Positions 11,781 to 26,080 of a stretch of DNA of 64,000 nt are shown here, piece by piece. Positions within the stretch are counted from its first letter, which is position 1; every line of letters starts with the position of its first letter. A model generated the notes under the pieces. The model was not told the origin of the DNA. It did not search any database and worked only from the letters and a program-made list of their open reading frames with translations. Location of the stretch: NCBI GenBank assembly GCA_965637545.1, contig OZ281495.1, positions 12,028,001 to 12,092,000 of the forward strand, given 5' to 3'. Both the position numbers and the translations under genes were made by a program. The stretch comes from Phallusia mammillata (taxonomy: Eukaryota).

Positions 11781-14700
11781 CTACACTGACGAGATGTACG
11801 TGATCCGCTCCTTAGGTGGCATCATTGCCTTTTTAGGATGGTGACCCTTGACAGGTGACGTGTGCGTTTCGTTTTCGTCCGGAGCAGCGTCGAGGCTGTT
11901 AGACGAAGCCGACGAGTTGGCGCCCCCAGCGGCGTTGCTGGTCGAATTTTCGTCACCGGACGGTGTAGTTATGGAGAGGTCTGAGGGGGAGCGGTGGTGT
12001 TTATTTGAACGCGAATTCTTCGAAAAGTTGAAGATTGAACCACCGCGAAGAAAGTTAGCGATGGGGCTCCCTGTAAAAAATACCTTTTATCATAATCGTA
12101 TGTTGGCCTATATTTGCAAGTGACAGATTTGAGTCAAACTTCGGCAAGATAAGAAAGTATTCCTGCCTGACAGACGTTGTAAATGTTTTGTTCAGTCGAA
12201 ATACCCAGATTTATATGAAAATGCAATTAAGTTTGTCCGCGCATTTCCAGTTTGAACCAGTGTTTCTGACAACAAAACCAAACAATTTCCAAATTTGTAG
12301 AAAATAAGGAACGTGCGATCTGTCTGGTTAAACTTTTACCGCAGTTTCGCTGTACGAAGTCGCAACACAAAAAATATATAAGTGAAAATAAAACTACGTA
12401 AATTAGCCGGTGTAACAGGGTGGTGACTGACGGATCTATTTTCACATCAAATATTCAAAATATAATCCACAAGAGCGGCAGACGATCAGCGTAAGTGTAA
12501 TGTTGTACAAATAAAAGATTACACTGATGGTGATCTTATATTTTGAACAAAAAAAGTAAAAAAAAACCTAGAGCAAATTGTAACCCACTAAATACAAAGT
12601 ATAAATTTTGGAACACAAAAGCGGCAACGGTAAGAGCGAAGTTCTTACCTATCAACGATTTTCTGCCTAGACCCCGTACTGGCGAATAGGGAAAGTAGCT
12701 TGGAATAAGACTGGGAGTTTCAACTGTGTAATTATTCTGTGGCATACTGTCCGTAGGTGAAGGTGTGTGACAGAAATACATGCCACTGTCGTCGCTCGAG
12801 AAGCTGGTCCCGTTGATGTTCGATGAATCCAGCATAGAATCAAGTTTCGTCAACTGTAAACACGATAAATGGAACGTTTCTTTTTATGTGACAAGACTTT
12901 CAAAATTTCACCCATTATAGGGGGGTAGTAGGGTAACCGATGGGATTGTACGGTAAAACACAATGATCTTTATCTTTCAATGCCACATTCCAAAAACTAT
13001 CCAAATTTCCCACAGTTCTGACATTGTTTGATATTTACCCATTTTAGGAAACTCGTGAACACAACTTAACATTTGATTTTATACCCAAGCTAAGAGTTTT
13101 ATTTCGGGTCTTAAAACGGTCCCAAAGATATTTAAAATATGCGTTGAATGAAAAGGTATGAGTTTTTTTGTTTGTTATCTTGGGGCTTTAATGCGCAACT
13201 GCGACCAATCAAATAGGTTGTCAAAAATTTAGTTACTCCTTCCAAATCCCAAAACCCTGCCGCTTGTTGATGTTACGACCAATAGCTATTTGGATGATAG
13301 TTATAATCCTATATAGGACCAATGTTATTTAAGCATACCTTGGAGTGTAGTTGATAGATTTCGTCAAAAATCATGGATTCGCGTTCAAGTTGTGCAGCCG
13401 GACCTCCACCGAACGACTGTGACCACGTGATCCAGCGTAAGTGACTGGAAGACCAAAACTTCATGTTTGCGACACCACAGTTCGGCCTCAACCTTTCACC
13501 TTTAAGTTGTAAGTTCAAGATAAAATTGAAAAACAAAACAAGTTAGAATATAGTTGGTGTAAGTACTTTATACAAATATGCTTAAACTGAAGAAGTTAGT
13601 AGGGATTTTCAATCAAAATGTAAAACTGATCTACAGAATTAGACAAATTTTGCAAAAAGGCACCTATTGTTTTTTCTGCAAAAGATATGTCAGGTTTGGC
13701 TTCTAGTTTTGTTCATGTTGTTCATTATTAACCTATGGTAAAAATGTCAAAAATAAATAGTGTTACATGTGATTGTTTTACAGTGTGTAAAAATAACAAT
13801 GATCCACACATAAATCCAGACATTACTTGTTTCTTTCAATATCTCCGGCCTTTTTGAAGTCGACAGCGTCCTCGTGTGGAAGAAACCGCTACTGGAAACC
13901 GACTCCGTGATGTCATTGGCAACGGCCCCAGCAGCGGGCGACTGACTTGGACCTTTAGGCCTCTTAATCCGCAAAGAAAATTTCCTCTTCTTCTTGTCGT
14001 TATCAGGCGTTTCGGTACCAATCAACATAACACCAGTCTTGCTGTTATAATAGACCTGGGCCTTGTCGTCAATCTCATCGCTGCCATCTGCTGTTGGCAC
14101 CTCGAGAAGAGAGTGCTGGCTTGGACTGGTGGCTGGAAACGATGGTGCCGCCCCGCTTGTAGGTGAAAGGTCAGATGAATTTTCGTCGATGACGTCGAGC
14201 GAGTGGGCGGAGCTGTTCCGCCGAGGGGCGTGGTTAGGCGAAGTTAATTCGGAGAAATACTTTGGCGAGATGCGGAGATGCTGCAACCTGAAAAAGTGAG
14301 AATGTTTTGGAAATTAAACATGTTTTTGTTTGTGGCAAGTAGTCCAAGGAAATAAAGAGATACATTACACGATTAAGCAACATTTTAAATTAAGTTCTAC
14401 CAGACAAACTTTTTTTCGAATTCATCCAAACCAGTAATCAAGTTGACAAAGCGGAAACGTGTTTCTGAACAAAATGCGTAAAAATGTCACTTTTTCAACA
14501 GAAATATAGTCCAGATATACTAATATAAAACGGGACTTCTGGCAAAACATTGTGGAAAAAAAGTTGCGAAAACTAATTTGTAATGCTGATACACTTTCTT
14601 GAAAGAATTTGAAGTCTTTCTCAAACGAACTAAAATGTTATACAGTATAAGAAACAATCTTCAGTAGGACGGTCACCCTGAGTGTACTTACTTGTAGAGT

Positions 14701-17700
14701 GGGTTGTTGAACAGTCGCATCTCACTCTCGTCGTACTGAAGTGGCCAGGCCCAAATCGGTAAAGTGTCAGCCTTACGTGTTGGCTGAAACATGTACAATA
14801 TTACGTTTAGCCTACAGCGTCTTAGCAAAGTAACTATCGTATGTCAAACTGAATATTGTGTTACGTCTGAAAACAATTTTTTTTTTCTTGTAGATTTAGT
14901 CTTCCAAAACAAAAATTTACAAATACCTAAATAAAACTTTGAAATCGGAAGTTTATATAGTACCACTGGTTACAATTTTACCATACTAAGTATTACAAAA
15001 CCGAAAACTCAATGTGACAAAGAAATTTCTTCATTTAAATGACTGTCGTGGGATGTACTTAAGAAATAGCCAAGTCAATATAATGGTAAAAATACATAAC
15101 GTTTCGACAATTTATAAGTGATTTTAAACGTTATGTAAAGCAAGTACTTCTGCTTGGGTTTTACATTTCATTTCCTGTCACAAACTTCAAAACCGTAAAT
15201 TGTGCAGTCATATGCTTATTCTTTACGTAATTTTGCGAATAAAATGACGGTCGGTACAGTTTTGAACGCACAATTCACTTCCACTGTAACGGTAAAATAT
15301 TAAACTGTTTAAATTTATAGTATGCGATGTAACATACGTCGGAAGACTTGATAGTTCTGATTCGTTGCCTCTCGTTGTTAAAGAAGAAAGTGTCGAATGC
15401 GGAGTTCCTTGTACCATCGTACAACACAGTGAGAAACGTAGGGTTCATCTCGAATGCACATGGATACTGACGCATTAACTGATAAACACAATCCAGGAAA
15501 AGAAGAAACACTGGAGACTGTAAATGTAAAAGCAATGTTTTTTGGCACAGCGATATGTGAACTTTCAGTGGTTACATATACTTATCATTATCACCTAACA
15601 TAAGACATGTAAAATGCACACCAAACGTTAAATGTGATTTAATTTGACTTGAAGGAATTTTAAAATAAGACCCAAGTACCATTCCAAGAATCATATGAAG
15701 GTAACGTTACAATTGTGAACAAATAAATGCCACTCTAATTGCCAAGATTTAATTTTAAACCTTGTTCCATTCACATTGAACCAGATTTGTAAATAATTCA
15801 TGTAGCACATTTAAATTCACAAAACACGCCACACAACCAAGCCGTTTATCAGAGCAAAACCTTCCACAAACTTATTTTTCTGTATTGGTGGCTCATCAAA
15901 AACTCATCCTGTCAAACTTACCACACTTAATGCAGTTTCACTTTCCGAGTTTAGAACACTGTTAGGGCCATGTTTGGATGGTTGTACAAGATGTCCCAGC
16001 TTGTCAATGAAAGGGTGCCCACCAACCACCCATTCTCGCTGAATGAGAGATTGGAAACCAAGCAATGTTCGGGCATTTTTGTCCAGAAGGATTTGAATTA
16101 GACTAGTAAGAAGGGGTGTAATTTCTGTACCGGAATTTTCTGGAAAAAAACGCAATAACATTATAACAAATGTAGCTAAACATTTTTTGCTATTTATTTG
16201 GTATACAACTTGTGCTCTTGTCAGTAAATGGAAATAAAGAAAATTGTTCCATTTGTTTGTTGGTTTCATTTACATTTTTGGTGGGAGGGCAATGCATGAT
16301 GCATAATAAAAACAAAGGAAGTCACCAGTTTTATAGCATGTCTATTGAGTAATTTTATTGTAAGTTATGTGGTTGGTAACTTAAATGTAGCTCAACCCAT
16401 CAGGTTTCACTGGGTTGGAGCAATCCCACTCAAGTTTCTTGCTCGGGAAAACACAAGTGACCAAGCCAGAATTATAACTTTTATTTGAACAATTATACCA
16501 CCAGCATGGCAAAAAATACATTTATTCAAACCATATTTAAACAGGATTTTTTTCTGTTATTATTAACAAGTAGGAGTTTGAGGTGAGGGTTCAGGCTACC
16601 CGCTCCCCAGCACTTGATTACACAGGTTAACCAATTTCAAAATTCTCAGTAAAAGGTCATATTCATCAATGTCAATTTCCACTTTTACTGTAATTCATCA
16701 AGGAGCATGTTCTGTGTATAGAGTATTACCAATCCCATCCCCATGTACTAAGCTTAATCATACAACTCAATAGATGACTAACAGTACCAGGTCAATAGCT
16801 AGACAAGGCTTATATGTAAAGTGACATTAGACCACATATGCTGTGTATGCATGCAGGTTTTTTTTAAGGTTTGGTTTGGGTGACCGCTAAGTAGTTTTAA
16901 GGGACTGCAAGTGTTTCATTTAAATACCAAAAAATAGCCATATTTGCTTAAACGAAATATTTATTAGGCTACTGGCAAATTTTGGGAAACCGCTGGAGAA
17001 AAAACGGTCCCCACAAAACACCTTAAAAAAACACTGTATGCATGTACTCAAACATATAGACTAGAAATATCCATGAACATATCCTTCCCCCCCAAAAAAA
17101 CTTTGTATCAATGATTTTAATTTTGCTGATAGCAATTAAATTAATAAATTCATTTGAATAATATAGTAGTAGTGCATGATTTCCAACATACTGCACTAGT
17201 AATATTTTAGCAGAACTATATGAATACTTTTTTTTCAAATTAATTTAACCCAATAGCCCTTTTCTAACCAGCCTATAAAAAGTCATAAAAAAGGATATTC
17301 ACAAAAAAATCATGTCATTTGACAGAAGTTCACAGCAGTGGACATGTTTTTTAATGATTAAAACAAGAGGATATCAATTAAGTTCTATTAAACAACAGGA
17401 AATTATACACAAAAAAACAGTGTTAGCATTCATGTAACTAGTGGGCCTATTACAATAAAAGGTCACAGCACAAAAAAGTGATTACCTCTGACTATGACAT
17501 GATGGTCTTTGTTAACAATCCATTCTGTGGCCTCTACAGCTACCGACAACATTGTACCAACATGATGATACCACTTTGAATTGTGAACTGAACTGAACCA
17601 ATGTCGATCGGTTTCCCAATAATCCTCCTCAGTAGCTAAAAAACAGAAACATATCAATAGACAAAAGTATACACTGAGAGTGATTTTCTGAGAATATAAG

Positions 17701-20700
17701 ACCCTCCAACAGGCAGCATGGCCATTGATGGTCACTGTTTTTGACAATAGATAGATAAGAATGAAAAATGATTTCCGAGCACAGAATAAGCCAATGAATT
17801 TACATGAAATATATAAATTTCGCCGAACTGGCATTTTTAGTTCCTACGGAACCACAGGATAAAACATAACTTCTTGTCATCATTTATTTTGATAAATTGG
17901 CTTTTAATTTTTGTTAGAATGGGACTTAAGGCATAATGGTAAGAAGCCAAAACACTACAAATGGTACTATACAGGAAATGTTCCACGCAATTGGATGCAG
18001 TACTAGTCTAAAAAACAGTTCATCTGCTGAACATTACTTTGAATAAATAAAAGACACTATATTTCCTAAAATCAATACATTGCATATGACACATTTGTTA
18101 AATAATGTATACACACTCTATGACACAAAACATGTTCAAAATCTGCTTTCAAAGCAGGGTCACCTAATATTTTGGTATAAAGACTATCTTGTCTTTTATA
18201 GGAGCACGTTATAATACTTTTCATGTATGTGAAGTGACTCAGAACAAAAGGTGAAAGCAGAAATATGAAGAGACAGTTGAAAGTCTATGATCACAAAACC
18301 CTATCTCTGACAAGGAAGTCACCCCTAGAAAGATAGATGGACACTAAATTTGGCATTAACATTTTGTAAGCATTTGTTTAACTAATATTTAACCATGTCT
18401 CAGTTCCCAAAGTTGCAAGATAAAATATGAAAAAATAAGTAACCTTAACCCATTCATCGAACAACATGAAATTCAGAAGTGCACAGAGTGATCTAGATGT
18501 AACAATAAAAATCATACCCATTGAAAATCAAAAAATAGTCTTACCTGGCATACACATTGATTTTAGCTTTATGAAGCTTTGTTGAAGTTGAGAACAGTTT
18601 GGACAACTTTTGCTCACCTCTATTATTCTACAAGTAAATAAGGAGGAATATAATGAAGTATATACTGTATGACACAGGTATTACATAAATACTGTATACA
18701 CAGGATTTGTCCAATCAATGCATGTAGATATTATATGTTAGAAATGAGCAAAGTCAAGACAGCAGTAACACACAATACACTCTTTGATGTTTATGCCCAA
18801 TGAGTATTACAAGTATTGCTTTGGCATAAGCAATATCTACTAAAGATTGTGTAATATACATGTATGAATATGAAAGATGGGCATTTTTATCTGTAATTGA
18901 CAATAAGAGCCTAATCATGTAATAAAGTCGTCTTTAGGTTAAAACTAAAAATCTTATTGTTAATGAGCAAATATATTAATCTTTATGTATGTATATCTTT
19001 GTCCTAAATGGTTATTTTTGTACTACTCACCATTTACCAAGATTAAAAAAATATACTAAAACACATTTTTATACTTTTAACAAAAATAATAAGATTTTCA
19101 ATATATATATGTTCAAAAAGTAGTTATGAATGTTATCAGACATACTTAAAGGTTCTTTTTTTCGGGTCAGTGTTTTGAATGGCATTGTGGAACTTCTTTT
19201 CCCATTCCACCATATCAACTTCAGGCCGTACTTCAGACGATCGAATTAAATGACATCCCATTGGGGTTGTCCAACACCAGACCTACGCAAGTTGTTAAAT
19301 GTTACTGAGTTGTTACAAACGTTGCTCCCAAATGTCAAATGATGTGTTATATATTGCAGATGGAGTTGACTTGGTCAGATTTTAACAGTTTGTTACATTA
19401 GAAACGGTCTAAAACTTTCAAGGCATTATTTTCTTTACCGGAAGTCTGCCGTTGGTAAATTGATTTGCAGCTTCCATCAGTTGTGTTCCCGTAAATGCAG
19501 CTGGGACAATGAAGTAAGCACCCATCCTGAAAAGGTTAAACAATGCCGTGGTCATAGAAAAAATAATGATATATACATTCATGCACACAAACGAATACAG
19601 AAACAATGGGCAAAGTAGTTATGAGCAGAAAAGCTAATGACATGTTTATGTGCTTTCGCTCAAAAAGCATGCCAGACATTTTATCAACAGGATTGAAAAA
19701 AACAGGTTCTCGTTACAAAATTTGGTTGTTTGTAAAAAGAAGTACATGTTAATTTTTGACTACTCAATATACTTTTTGTAAGTGCCAAATGAATTTAGAC
19801 CACCGGTTGGTTAGAAATTAAAACCACATAATTAAAACCTTTGTAAGCCGGAAGGTTGGGATTACCTTTATATATTAATATGTAACATTTGTGTTCGGAA
19901 ATTTTGAAACTTTTTTGCCAAATTGGAGAAACAAACCCATGTTGGGAAATAAAACAATAGGTGTCCTATTTATGAAGGTACACCTATATGTAAGAGAATT
20001 TACATTACAAGACTAAACCTACGTGTCTAAAACAGTGAAGTTTTCATTCACGGCAGAAACTTGCCACTTCTCTTCCAAACCAAACCTTCTTATCAAATTA
20101 TCCCAGGCACTGTAAGTTCGATAGAGTGGCACACGGCAAACTGTAAACAAGTAATATGTAAAACATTGATTGCCAACAACAAGCATTATATGTTATGGAA
20201 ACTGTACTTATGATTTAAGTGCTTACTTTCATCAATGTTCGTCCTGTGGTTAAAGTCTAATGCGAAAAGGAGAGATACCGTTGTTGGATATGCATGGTGA
20301 AGAATAGATTGTATAACCTGACAGTAATAAAGGCAAACATTTAATGGTGAAATAAACGGGCAATTGATCCTAGTTTTCAGCAGCATTTTTTTTTAATCTA
20401 TCCATGCTGTTGGCACAAATGCACGCACTATAAATTGCTAAATGTAGCTAATAAACTTCATCAACAAATCAACAAGCTATGCAGACCCTTTACACATAAA
20501 AGCGCAATGGTAAAAAAGCTGAGAAAGATAAAGTACACTTTACTATATACTAGACAAATTGTAGATAATGATGGTGTGAATATCAATGCGAAACAATATT
20601 ACTTAGGAAATTTCTACACAAAACACATACTGTACATCCTATGTAAAGTACTTACACCGATTTCTTCTGTTTTGACAGTAAATTTAAAGTTAAAGGCGAC

Positions 20701-22268
20701 CACTCGAAAATCTTTGCAGTGAAGTTCTAATCTCAATACGCCTTCTTTCACCTTCGATTTAGGAAGAAGTTTTTTTCGCTTGTTTGGATATTCTAAAATA
20801 TATGCAGAACATGGTGAAAAGCATAAACAAACCTGAACTAACACGTGACTGGCAACCAAACACTAAACCACCCACTAATGGTATTCACTTGCTCAATATA
20901 TACAAGAATCAAAATCAAAGTCTCTGTGAATGTGCACTCAAAACAAGTTTAGTCCTTCTAAAGACAAGACTACCAGTTTGCATGATTTCATAAATACAGT
21001 AAACCTTGGTTAAACTGGACCCGTTTGGACCAAAAAAAATTCTGCTGATTAGTTCAAGCCTTATCACATTTCAAATCTTTTGTTCCTCAGAAAGTGTTGT
21101 TTGAATTATATGAAAAAACAGATTAACCGAATCCGGTGTCATCAAGGTTTACTGTATAATGTTCACTAAATATATTCTGCTTATATTAATACTAGCTCAT
21201 GACGATTGACCTAAAACAAAGATTACATTAAAAACAGTGTATCACAACACTTCCACTAAATTAACTACTCCAGCTTAAACAGTTATTTTTTATTGGATTA
21301 CTATGCAAAATCATATTTATTGCACTTACCAACATAGATCGCATCAATGTTGTTCAAGGTTATATCCTCTTCACCTAGCATTTTGTTGTGCATTTCAATC
21401 TAAAATACGAAACAATATTATTATCTCAATTAAACCTCATTTTCCATCATTTGAACTTACCAAGTCGAAAGTGGGTTGTTCTGAAGTAATAAAACTAACT
21501 CGATAATTGGTGCAAATCAGGATGCCTGAAGTGCCTTTTGATGGGTCATGTGCTCTATATTTAATAACCTGCAAAACAACACAAACACTGTTGTAGCTAA
21601 ATGTTTGGCTCTCCATGTTCGTTCTATTTTGGAATTACACTTGTTTTCAAAGCAAACAGTAGAAAAAATAAATCAAATACCTACCTTTTTAGCATGTCCA
21701 ATAGTAAGTTCACCAGGTAGTAATCGTGATTGAATTTCATCTTCTGGGCGTTCAAAGACCTTGTTATAAGCCAAAGATAGTTTTTTGTCTCTCTGTGAAA
21801 AGCCATGTAAGTTGTTGATCAGTAAAAGCAAAGTATGGTGAAATTGCCAGGCCTACTGAATGATAGAGCAGTTTGACAGTAACTTTTTGTTAGCAGTCCG
21901 TAAAGGGAAATGAGACAAGCTATTCAAACAAAGTGTGAAATGCTTTTGAATGTCATATGTTTGTTTGGATTCTGTGATATGAAATTAAACAGTTTTAAAG
22001 AGCCCAGTATTTTAGCAAATGTGAGTTCGACCTGGCACTCCAAGAAACGAATACAAGCATCACATACAAAGAATCAGGTGGAATTATTGTTTAAAAGATT
22101 ATAATACTGTCACCAATAACAAACACAACTTGGGTGGGTCTGGTGTACTTTCTTGACCAAACACAATACCTTCCTAATATGACGCCATAACTTAATCATC
22201 TGATTCATCTTTACCTGATAGTCAACTTCTGCTTGGTCAACATAGGATTTGAAAGAACCATCAGCCAT
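11781..22268 (-). CDS. MTMR10: Myotubularin-related protein, MTMR10/11/12 (catalytically inactive) group
   Basis: Exons (minus) 22215-22268, 21685-21792, 21461-21568, 21330-21399, 20656-20792, 20227-20317, 20023-20140, 19439-19526, 19146-19282, 18545-18627, 17486-17635, 15922-16139, 15338-15517, 14692-14783, 13827-14287, 13339-13499, 12649-12853, 11781-12070 join in frame. PH-GRAM motifs (SFKSYV, LLPGE, GILICTNYRVSF, LHCKDFRVVAF); myotubularin core (GFQSLIQREWVVGGHPF, SPVFLLFLDCVYQL); VIVRENSGTEIT replaces the CX5R loop; 3-PAP-like LRP...KFW...LRW. Orthology among MTMR10/11/12 is not resolved. Confidence 0.9.
20997..21154. mobile_element. Tc1/mariner (pogo/Tigger-like) MITE in MTMR intron
   Basis: TIR CAGTAAACCTTG / CAAGGTTTACTG flanked by TA on both sides. 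Confidence 0.7.
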
Positions 22269-23448
22269 CTTACTGAGGTATGAACAAAAATACTGGAAAA
22301 ATGGAGTTTCAACGATAACGTTACAAATTACAATAATGTGGATGAATAAAGGCAAAATAAAAATATTTTCCGATTCTTGCACACTTGCAAGTGCTTAAAA
22401 CAGTCAGGTCATTGTTGTGTTTAGCTGGATTTGTCCTGAAAATACCTTCATTTGTAACCATAAATGAGTATAATTGCAAATAACGACTTTAAAATATAAA
22501 CGTTTTACAAAACAAATCATTTTCCTGAAACTCGCTGAACCTTCGCATTTTGCATCGCCACGGTCGAGTAAACAACCGATAGAAATCTAAAAATATCCTT
22601 AGTCATGTGTGGAAATATTTTTTGATAAAGGAGCAAAAATAGGGGAAAATAATAGCCAACATAAAAAGTGTGAGAGAGTGTTAAACTATAAATGTAGAAA
22701 TAGATTTACAAAATCTAGTGCTTTTTCAGCACGAAATTCTTTCACGTAAGTTCAGTATGCTAGACGTGGCAATACGAATTAAGTAGCCTCGTTTCCGCTC
22801 AGCTTTGGTGCGGCCCTACGGTTGTGTCAGCTGTCTGTAACCAGTATTGCAAATGGTTTGCAAAACTAATATGTTACAACTATTAGCCACAAAAACAGTG
22901 CGTTGCTATGCTTTTTGTTAGAAACAGAAAAAATATGCTGAGTCATGTCAGTTTGCCATTAGCCTCAGCAATGGTGCTGTAGTGTAGAGTGTAGACATCA
23001 ATGGTGCTGTATTGGAGGTTCTCGCGTGGTTGAAAGTTACAATGTACAGGCAAACTGATGCTCCAGGTATAACACAATAGTTAAAGCACCTCGACAGAAG
23101 GGCAATTGTTTAGACTTTGTTCCAACACAAAGGGCGTTCGATTCAATGTTCAAACAGGAACTGTGTTTGTGACACTGTTTGTAACTTTGTATTGTTGCAG
23201 TATTTTCTTTCCCGTGCTTTGTATCATAGGGTCGTTAACATTTTACGGCCGCAAACAGATCACATGTTCGTGGAAACATTAATTTCGAAACAAACAGCGT
23301 CTGGCACGCATAAACAAGCCTCACATGACCAGCATTGTGCAGTGTGCACAGTGCAGAAGGGTTTTTTTGACGAACAGTTTTTTTGTATTTTTAGTGGTGA
23401 TTTTGTATTACTTAACTGTGAGGGTGAATCTTGCGCAAAATTGTCGAT

Positions 23449-26080
23449 ATGAAGCTGGTGTTGTTTACATTGTGCCTGTGTGTGTTTGCTGTTATCTGTT
23501 TAGCCGACAACCAGCCGGTTTTAGTCTTCAAGAAGGGAATAAATCCTCGAGGTAGGCTACTGTGCAAAGCTGTTCTGGTTTGGGTAATTGCTATTTATTA
23601 ACTTCTGATCATTGGAAAAGTGTTTTTATTTGCCAAAAATGTGATGTCATAATGCTAGGACTTCAATAATAATATCCAAATATAGTCTGATTTGAATGTA
23701 TTCGGTCCGTCCATGTTGTTTTAATTTATTTTCGTTTTCGATGCAGAAATAAGTGCATTCAAGTCATGGACCGTGCAACAAGGTATGGATTATGAAAGTC
23801 TCGAGGACGAACAACAGAAAATGGAAGTGTTTGCGAACAACATTCGAACGATCGAGGAACACAACTCAAAAAAAGAAGGAACGTGGAAAAGTATGACAGA
23901 AACCGTACATGTAGTAACAGCGACACCCTTTCACATGTATATTTGTAGCAGCGACTTTAAAACCGCAGATTTTTTCAATTTGGCGGCTGTCGCTACGGAC
24001 TGGTCTAAGTCGTACACAATGTTTCGAATTAACCATACAATTAATAAACTATAATGTTTGGTTCATACCTACTGATAACTTACCAATTATCATCGCAATA
24101 ATTACCGCATTAACATACTTTCATTTAGAATTTAGATGGGATTGTCGTAAATTACATCCTTGCAATGTACATCGTCATTGTAATGTATTTGATTTAATAT
24201 CGCAGCACAGTAACAATAAAGTCCATTAAGTACCCGCACCGACGTCTGGACTAAGAAAACCGTGTCTGTCTGTTTTCGTCGATCATTTGTCAAATTTTAG
24301 TGTTACAATTATACAGGTAGTCCTGCATATGGGTTTACAGAGTTTTATTTTTTGTACACAGTGGAAATAAACAAGTTTTCTCATCTGAGTTTTGAGGAGT
24401 TCAGTTCTTTGTACCTAATGTTGGCGCAAAACTGCAGCGCCACAAAAGGTAATCACGTGATCTCATCGAAGGCCGCTCCTCCTCACAAGGATTGGCGAGA
24501 TGAAGGAAATTTTGTGACCCCAGTTAAAAATCAGGTATGTGCAAACCTCTAGGTTTGGATAAGTCTTTAACTCTCAAAAAATAACTCTCTCTGAAGAAAA
24601 AATGCGGAAGCTGTTGGACGTTTTCTACCACTGGTTGCATGGAATCAGCAACAGCCATTCACGTTCAAGGACACCCGCTTTACTCACTTTCCGAACAACA
24701 ACTGGTCGACTGCGCACAAGCTTATGATGACCATGGATGTGAAGGGTAAAAAAGAATCAAGTTTGACAGTCTTACAACACAAACACTTTTCTTACCTTTG
24801 ACAACTCAATGCCGCTTACATTGTTTTTATAATTCCAGAGGTCTACCAAGTCATGCGTTTGAATATATTCGCTACAACCATGGAATCATGAACGAATCGG
24901 CATACCCATATGTTGCCGAGGTATAAGCCATCTAAGAGATTTGCAATTACATGCAATCTTAAGTGTTTTGCACCCTATATGTTTTGTTGTAGTAAAAGCT
25001 AACGAAAGTATTATAACGTATCTTGTGGGCACTTATTAATAATGTTTTATTATAGGACCAAAAATGTAAATTCCAAGCATCCACAGCAGTTGCCTTTGTC
25101 AAGAAGGTTGTAAACATTACTCAAGTACGTATAGGATTTGTTTTTATTTATTTTTTCTGATTACCGGTATTTGAGAAATTTAAATTCGCTTCAGGGCGCA
25201 GAGGGCGATATTGTGGATGCAGTGGCTTTTCAAAACCCTGTCAGTATTGCTTTTCAAGTGACTCCAGATTTCCAGGGATACAAATCAGGAGTTTATAGCA
25301 AGTAAGGACATCTATAGTTTTATACGTGGCACTTTTTTGATAATGCCAATTTGGAATTTAAATTTCATCGTGGGCTCGATTTTAAAGTCAATCTCTGCAT
25401 TCTTTATATTTAGAATTTTCTCTATTCCACCGATTCAAATTTCACAGTAGCAGCTAATTGGCCAAATTACCATACAGGTTACCAGTTAGTTTAACTCAAT
25501 GACTCATGGTGGTATATTGACCCTTTTTACGGACGCAACTATCACATGCAGTGTTTATCCTACTATTTTAGGTTTATCGCAAAGGAAGTGCCGAATTATA
25601 TGGGTTATATTCTTTATTTCTTTTTTAGTCCAACATGCGGAACGAAGCCTGATCAAGTAAACCACGCTGTTCTTGTGGTTGGATATGGAACGGATAGCGC
25701 TACCAATATGGATTACTGGCTTATCAAGAACTCATGGGGCCCGGACTGGGGAATAAATGGGTGAGTCCTCGTTATGATCGCAATAAGTCCATTTTCGAGT
25801 TGTCTGTTTTAATACAAGCCCGATGGAACATTTTTGTTTGATTTTTTCGAATTATAGAGTTGGCGACTTTATTTTATCATTTTAGTTCAAAGACTAAATT
25901 CACTGGACGTCAGGTTATTGTGTTTCGAAATCGTACAGATCCAGCGAAATATTTACACGGCTGGGTCAAATAGACTTGAAGATTACTTCACAATTTATTT
26001 TCTACAGGTATTTTAAGATGCAAAAAGGAGTTAACATGTGCGGGATTGCAACATGTGCGTCCTATCCCATAGTGGTGTAA
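23449..26080 (+). CDS. CTSH: Pro-cathepsin H (papain family C1A)
   Basis: Exons 23449-23551, 23747-23890, 24362-24534, 24597-24745, 24839-24920, 25056-25124, 25195-25301, 25629-25760, 26008-26080. Signal peptide; I29 propeptide (ERFNIN-like, [11 protein letters not shown]); cathepsin H mini-chain QNCSATKGN; catalytic CGSCWTF, NHAVL, KNSWG. Confidence 0.95.
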
